Virus record (IMG/VR): IMGVR_UViG_3300034073_000569
Coordinates: 1 to 64,000 of that record
Direction: 5' to 3' (one strand)
Length of the DNA stretch: 64,000 bases
Source: a virus
Positions 59,504 through 64,000 of this stretch are shown here, piece after piece. Made by a program: the position numbers and the translations under genes. The notes under the pieces were generated by a model that saw nothing but the letters and a program-made list of their open reading frames with translations, searched no databases and was not told where the DNA came from. Every line of letters starts with the position of its first letter. The first letter of the stretch is position 1.

Positions 59504-59783
59504 TATTATTAAACTCAGTGTCAGTTAACTTATGTACAGCATTAATGTCACCTTTTCCTCTATGCAATAAATATAAAAGAGTATTGATATCTTTACTACG
59601 TAGTATACCTTTTATTTCATAGTTACTCCAATAAGCTGTATATAAACTTCTTGGAATAGCATTCCATAATCCTGTATAAGGATTAAAATGAAATGTCCAA
59701 TCATGCATGAATTCATCTTTTACATCTGATACAGCTGCAAACTCTTTGATGTTCTCATAGTCTGTGTAAACTTCCTGTTTCAT
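59496..59783 (-). CDS. Hypothetical protein
   Basis: 95 aa, overlaps the terL start; WTFHFNPYTGLWNAIPR. Confidence 0.6.
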   Translation of the reverse strand: MKQEVYTDYENIKEFAAVSDVKDEFMHDWTFHFNPYTGLWNAIPRSLYTAYWSNYEIKGILRSKDINTLLYLLHRGKGDINAVHKLTDTEFNNNV

Positions 59784-59810
59784 ATTTTTAACATTTAATA
59801 TTTAATATTT

Positions 59811-59892
59811 TAGGAAAGCAGAAGATGGGTGCGTGGACATCTGCTTTTACGATTGGCTTTTCTAACCGGTTTGGCCCCTATGAGCAAATTCC
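59811..59892 (-). ncRNA. Candidate structured ncRNA (three-way junction)
   Basis: TAGG/CCTA closing; GATTGG...CCAATC stem; AAAGCAGA-TG...CA-TCT-TCTGCTTT stem; GC-richer than its intergenic surroundings. Confidence 0.45.
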
Positions 59893-59907
59893 AATCAACC
59901 TAAGTTT

Positions 59908-60315
59908 TTACTTATTGAATATTCTTTCTAAAAGACTTCTAGATTTTAAATACTCAATTTCTTCTTCTGCTTCAGATAAAGAACAAGATAATGACATCAT
60001 TTCTACTCTTAACATACGAACTGCTTCTTGTAGCTCATCTATAGCTTTTGAAGCTTTCATACCTTCAAAATTTACATGAAATAGTTCTGAACAATCTCTC
60101 TTTCTAGCATATGCATAGCCATATACAGAGTTTTTGCTCTTCATTTCTTTAAGTTTTTTTAACTCATCTTGTAACTCATGATACTCATCATAAGATACAG
60201 TTACGGTTGGTCTGTGTGTCATATCTTCTGTTTCTTGGTTTGTTTTATTTACTACATAGTCACTATAACTAGATGACATATGGTTAAGTAATAAAGGAAA
60301 TAACATTGGTCCCAT
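59908..60315 (-). CDS. Hypothetical coiled-coil protein (start uncertain: 60315, 60306 or 60222)
   Basis: Coiled-coil ending SRSLLERIFNK; the longer start in the track overlaps the tRNA-like RNA. Confidence 0.55.
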   Translation of the reverse strand: MGPMLFPLLLNHMSSSYSDYVVNKTNQETEDMTHRPTVTVSYDEYHELQDELKKLKEMKSKNSVYGYAYARKRDCSELFHVNFEGMKASKAIDELQEAVRMLRVEMMSLSCSLSEAEEEIEYLKSRSLLERIFNK

Positions 60316-60329
60316 GTTTATAAAATTAG

Positions 60330-60498
60330 CTGTAGAGGGTGGACTCGAACCACCAAGGTGAGATTCAATTGATAACACAACGCTTGCAAGCTGGTGGTCT
60401 ACCCCATATTATCAATCTATTTCTGTATCACCGCCCACGAGACAGGTGGGTACGTTTGCCGTGGCCATACTGAGACAGCCATATTTCGTCACTCTACA
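60330..60498 (-). ncRNA. Expanded tRNA-like RNA (169 nt), nominal anticodon GTC
   Basis: Acceptor TGTAGAG/CTCTACA plus G discriminator; T arm GGTGG-TTCGAGT-CCACC; D stem ACG/CGT with GGCAAA; anticodon arm CCCAC-CTGTCTC-GTGGG; insertions in D loop and variable arm. Confidence 0.75.
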
Positions 60499-60505
60499 AT
60501 TTTAC

Positions 60506-61180
60506 TTATTTATTATACTCGTAGTTTAATATCTGTCCTACTAAGTCACTACGGTGGTTCTCTTTTAGTTTAATCCATTTAATGCCATCAATCTTTTTAG
60601 ATAGTTCAATAGCATAAGTTAATCCAGTGGTAGCATCTTTTGTATCTTGCTGCTCATTATCACCGTTCACAATAATCTTACCAGTCTTACCAAGTCTAGT
60701 TAAAATAGCAAGCATCTCAGCTTTACTCAAGTTTTGTGCTTCTTCTACAACAAGAATATCGTCAATGGTTTTACCACGGATAAACTGTACGGGATAAGCT
60801 ACGATCTTCTCGTCTTTTACCATAGCTTGAATCTTAACTTTATCTGCACACTTAACCAAGTTTTCTTGGAATGCTTCTAAATAAGGGTTAAACTTGTCTT
60901 CTAAACTACCCGGTAAATACCCTAATGAATTACCCACTTCTATAGTAGCACGTGTGATATAAATATGATCACATTGTTTCTTGTTTAAGAAATCTAGTGC
61001 ACTTAATGCACATACTAGCGATTTACCAGATCCAGCTCTACCAGTTACTATGACAATCTGATTTTCTATAATCAAACGTCTAGCTTCTTTCTGCTCATCA
61101 TTAAGATTAACATGATACTTGATCTCTTGTTTACGTTCTCTGTTTGGTTCTTTCATAGTTTTCTTATTGGTCATATGCAA
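60506..61180 (-). CDS. phoH: PhoH-family ATPase
   Basis: GRAGSGKS Walker A, LGYLPGSLEDKFNPY, FIRGKT, EEAQN, LTRLG, NGDxxQ, HRS. Confidence 0.92.
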   Translation of the reverse strand: MHMTNKKTMKEPNRERKQEIKYHVNLNDEQKEARRLIIENQIVIVTGRAGSGKSLVCALSALDFLNKKQCDHIYITRATIEVGNSLGYLPGSLEDKFNPYLEAFQENLVKCADKVKIQAMVKDEKIVAYPVQFIRGKTIDDILVVEEAQNLSKAEMLAILTRLGKTGKIIVNGDNEQQDTKDATTGLTYAIELSKKIDGIKWIKLKENHRSDLVGQILNYEYNK

Positions 61181-61676
61181 GGTTTTGTCCGCCTCTAACT
61201 TGTGATTGTTGTTCTTCCATTAAATCTCTGTACACACCTTTAAAGCTTTGTCTAACAGAGTCAAATCTTTCTGCAATTCTAAGAATAGCTGTAGCAGATC
61301 CATCTCTACCAGAGGTTACCTTTTCTGTGGCCATAAAACCTGCCATATTATCTAGGGCAATCTTTATACCTTGGTATGCTCTATATGTAGGAGTCTCATA
61401 CATTTTCTTACACATTCTTAATGCATTCACTACAAGATCATCTTCTGTAGAAAAGTCTCCATCCACCTCACCAAGAATTATTTCTTCTTTGTCCGTTTCT
61501 GGTACATCAAAGAAAGGATTTAAATCTGGGTTAGGACAAGTCATGTAGAATAGATATGAATAAACCTTTGTAGATTCATCACCATATTCTTCCATAATGT
61601 CTTTTAAAAATTTCAATGTGTAACAGTGTTCACTAGGAACCACTTTACCATTAGCTATATCAAATAGTCTTACCAT
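61164..61676 (-). CDS. Conserved helical protein, possible terminase small subunit
   Basis: 170 aa ending VRGGQNLAYDQ; lies upstream of terL. Function is inference only. Confidence 0.4.
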   Translation of the reverse strand: MVRLFDIANGKVVPSEHCYTLKFLKDIMEEYGDESTKVYSYLFYMTCPNPDLNPFFDVPETDKEEIILGEVDGDFSTEDDLVVNALRMCKKMYETPTYRAYQGIKIALDNMAGFMATEKVTSGRDGSATAILRIAERFDSVRQSFKGVYRDLMEEQQSQVRGGQNLAYDQ

Positions 61677-61824
61677 TATTTTTCATTTTACGTCTGTTCT
61701 TTTTCTTCTTAATACTCCATTTATTAGTATTAAGATCTCTAACTAACTCATCCCACCTATTTCTTTGTTTTAAGCTGTATATTCTCAACATTTCTACAAG
61801 CTTATCACTTATTTGTTCTTTCAT
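61660..61824 (-). CDS. Small basic hypothetical protein (54 aa, not in track)
   Basis: ATGA overlap with the upstream stop; MKEQISDKLVEMLRIYSLKQRNRWDELVRDLNTNKWSIKKKKNRRK...; fills the intergenic gap. Confidence 0.4.
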   Translation of the reverse strand: MKEQISDKLVEMLRIYSLKQRNRWDELVRDLNTNKWSIKKKKNRRKMKNNGKTI

Positions 61825-62336
61825 GACCAATGTTTATTTTCTCTTTCAAAATAAAATGTGAGATCTTCTTCATCATCATTGTAATACTTTCCAACTACAT
61901 CACTCTTAAATCTACTACCTATATTCTCATACAAAGAACTAGTAATCACTTCTCCTGTCACTTTATTTCTAAATAACTTAGTAAGCCATGTATAAGTGCC
62001 TCCACGAATAACACCTGCTTCTACTAAAAGATAATACTTATATTCTGTATCAGAGAACTTAAACCATGAGTCTATGTCACTATCCGCTTTTCTAACATAC
62101 TTGTGTACTTCTTCATCTGGATAAGCTACATGTATAGGAAGAATATCACACATCTCCCCATCCTTACTTAGATTGTGAGCTATATGCATTGCCACTGTAG
62201 CAGAATAGTCAGGACTCACCATAACCACTAATGTATTAGCTGGAGAAATATCTGGATAGGTTTCTAATATCTTTTGAGAAAGATTATAAATCATATCTTT
62301 CTCTTGAATTCTAGAAATAAAAAGCGGTTCTCTCAT
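61821..62336 (-). CDS. Type I phosphoribosyltransferase-like protein
   Basis: YYLLVEAGVIRGGTY resembles the PRPP-binding loop hhhhDDhhxTGGT; overall layout like HPRT/PyrR. Confidence 0.55.
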   Translation of the reverse strand: MREPLFISRIQEKDMIYNLSQKILETYPDISPANTLVVMVSPDYSATVAMHIAHNLSKDGEMCDILPIHVAYPDEEVHKYVRKADSDIDSWFKFSDTEYKYYLLVEAGVIRGGTYTWLTKLFRNKVTGEVITSSLYENIGSRFKSDVVGKYYNDDEEDLTFYFERENKHWS

Positions 62337-63175
62337 TAGTGTTTAGCTTTAAGGTTATCTCGGTTGTCTTCTAACCAATGCAATATACTGATAACTTCTG
62401 ACTTTAAGTATGGAAGATCATATTGAATAATATCTTTTACTATAGGATCACCATTTGTATCAAGAGCAGTGATTGGATTACCGAACTTATCTTTACCCAC
62501 TTCTTCAAATAATATATGATGTATAGTCAGCACACCTGGCTTTAATTTTGGATTGTGCTTAAGAATGATATACATATATAAGCTAAGCTGTAAAGCATAG
62601 TGGTTTACATTGCAATCATCTAGATGAGCCACTGGTGAGTTCATCTTAGTAGTCACACCTTCCCAGTTAGTAAAGCCTTCTGTCTTGATTTCTTTGTTAG
62701 TCTTGTAATCTGTAATATGCACTTCTCCATTAATTACTTCTACTAAGTCAGACTGACCACATAGTCCTGCAGATTTTAAGTAAACCATGTGCTCAGGATA
62801 TACACCATCTGTGAGCTTCTGATTTGGAGAAAATTTAGTACCGTCAATCTCAATCGGTTTAAAAATAGGCACAGTGTTACCATGTCTTTCTATTGTCTCT
62901 AATGAACATATATCTGATTCTCTGCAGTTGTGGTACCACGTACCAAGTGTTGTAGCACGTAGAGCTTCATTAGCCCATGCTTGTTTGATTTCTTCTGGCG
63001 TCATGCCATACCATTTTGACTTCTTAGACTTAGATGTTTTTAAAGCAATCTTATCTGCGTCAAATGGTTGTTTGAAGTTACTTATAAAGGATGTAACTGA
63101 TATCCATTTAATATCCTCTTCAGGATTAATACTTTTGTAACTGTGGTCTTGTGGGGTGAATCTCAAAATGCTCAT
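62336..63175 (-). CDS. PD-(D/E)XK superfamily nuclease
   Basis: SVTSFI, GTWYH, E...GQSDLV...ITDYKTN, YALQLSLY. Confidence 0.85.
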   Translation of the reverse strand: MSILRFTPQDHSYKSINPEEDIKWISVTSFISNFKQPFDADKIALKTSKSKKSKWYGMTPEEIKQAWANEALRATTLGTWYHNCRESDICSLETIERHGNTVPIFKPIEIDGTKFSPNQKLTDGVYPEHMVYLKSAGLCGQSDLVEVINGEVHITDYKTNKEIKTEGFTNWEGVTTKMNSPVAHLDDCNVNHYALQLSLYMYIILKHNPKLKPGVLTIHHILFEEVGKDKFGNPITALDTNGDPIVKDIIQYDLPYLKSEVISILHWLEDNRDNLKAKH

Positions 63176-63186
63176 ATGTTTATTGT

Positions 63187-63516
63187 TTATATTCCTAACT
63201 TCTGATTAATCATGTCCTCCTCTTCCTGACTCACTTCAGCTTGCCAATGTCCCTTTGGACATTCTGAAGATAAAGATCTAGTCTTAAATCCTAAGCTACA
63301 TCCACAACCTCCTAACTCTTGATTACAACATGGTGTAGTACCAGCTACCATACATCCCTCATTATGCACTGTATAAAGTGCACAATCTTTACAAATCTGC
63401 ATTCTGTATAGTGCAATTTCTTCTACGTCATCTCTTTTAAAGATAGAATTAGTCACTCCCTCCAGGATCTGACCCTTTGCTTTCCATATCTTGATTATGT
63501 TCTCTTTTAGACTCAT
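63187..63516 (-). CDS. Cys-rich zinc-binding protein
   Basis: RMQICKDC...C...CC...GCGC..GFKTRSLSSECPKGHW; likely start MSLKENII at 63516. Confidence 0.65.
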   Translation of the reverse strand: MSLKENIIKIWKAKGQILEGVTNSIFKRDDVEEIALYRMQICKDCALYTVHNEGCMVAGTTPCCNQELGGCGCSLGFKTRSLSSECPKGHWQAEVSQEEEDMINQKLGI

Positions 63517-63880
63517 CACTTTTATTTTTATGAAGCTTAATAAAATCTTTTCTTTGTTTCTCTTCATCCATTAAAACCTTGATGGCTTTTAAATCAAAGA
63601 GAGTTTCATCTGTTCTAAATCTAGTGACAATTTCTTGTAAGCCTCTTTGTCTAAAGTTCTCTTTAAAGTTTTCTAGCTTATCTATTTTGTCATCTAGTTT
63701 CCAATGTTTGATTGTAAAATCTCCTAAGTTAGTAACATGTATTCTACTATGTTTCAAACTTGACAAACTCTTTCTTATTTCTTGCCAATAAAAGGATGTC
63801 ACATCTGACACCATTTGTTGTGACAAGTTTAGCTCTTCTGCTACAATAGGGATTAGATCTTTAGACTTTCTAGGCTTCAA
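63449..63880 (-). CDS. HU/IHF-like DNA-binding protein
   Basis: KSKDLIPIVAEELNLSQQMVSDV...IHVTNLGDF matches the HU/IHF N-terminal pattern. Confidence 0.7.
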   Translation of the reverse strand: MKPRKSKDLIPIVAEELNLSQQMVSDVTSFYWQEIRKSLSSLKHSRIHVTNLGDFTIKHWKLDDKIDKLENFKENFRQRGLQEIVTRFRTDETLFDLKAIKVLMDEEKQRKDFIKLHKNKSDESKREHNQDMESKGSDPGGSD

Positions 63881-64000
63881 CGCTTAAAAATTTATAGTCT
63901 AACAAAATATTTCCATTAGCGTGTAACTTAAGATCAGGATTAATAAAGATCTTCTTCTTATTCTTTCCTTCCTTTTTAATAAGTCCTTTCTTCTCTGCCT
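63870..64000 (-). CDS. C-terminus of a probable winged-HTH protein (truncated)
   Basis: ...AEKKGLIKKEGKNKKKIFINPDLKLHANGNILLDYKFLSVEA*. Confidence 0.45.
   Translation of the reverse strand, partial: AEKKGLIKKEGKNKKKIFINPDLKLHANGNILLDYKFLSVEA

Noticed and set aside
60316-60378. N-terminal extension of ORF 59908..60378
   Set aside because: Overlaps the T arm and acceptor stem of the tRNA-like RNA; a downstream ATG is more plausible.
60330-60498. Ordinary tRNA-Asp, tmRNA, or tRNA with a downstream HDV-like (theta) ribozyme
   Set aside because: Large insertions and a pyrimidine at position 37 argue against a normal tRNA; too short for tmRNA; the downstream sequence is AT-rich with no nested pseudoknot visible.
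5780-63791. All plus-strand ORFs and short nested minus-strand ORFs (10095, 28040, 32445) in the track
   Set aside because: Short shadows overlapping long, well-supported minus-strand genes; no recognisable motifs.

Overview
A 64-kb, AT-rich, single-orientation (all real genes on the minus strand) segment of a crAss-like phage (Crassvirales-type; probably an environmental lineage infecting Bacteroidota). Reading in transcription direction (right to left): small DNA-binding, nuclease, PRTase-like and PhoH genes; terminase large subunit, portal, scaffold-like protein and major capsid protein; ring/adaptor and auxiliary capsid proteins; about 19 kb of tail-fibre/receptor-binding genes (S74 chaperones, Asp-box propeller, shared docking repeats); a Cys-rich FN3/SprB cluster; a metallophosphoesterase; IHF-like, ring and muzzle (tail stabilization) proteins; and finally virion cargo/ejection proteins, the last running off the left edge. 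The standard genetic code fits. The most unusual signals are (i) cargo proteins built as strings of small unrelated modules punctuated by a recurring hydrophobic-x-x-Gly-Gly motif, suggesting polyprotein processing or packaging tags, (ii) several structured non-coding RNAs, including a 169-nt hugely expanded tRNA-like RNA and a 57-nt minimal tRNA-like cloverleaf behind the capsid gene, both ending in N-CTA rather than N-CCA, and (iii) a repeated phage-specific promoter-like motif. All family assignments are by eye from motifs and synteny; no searches were run.
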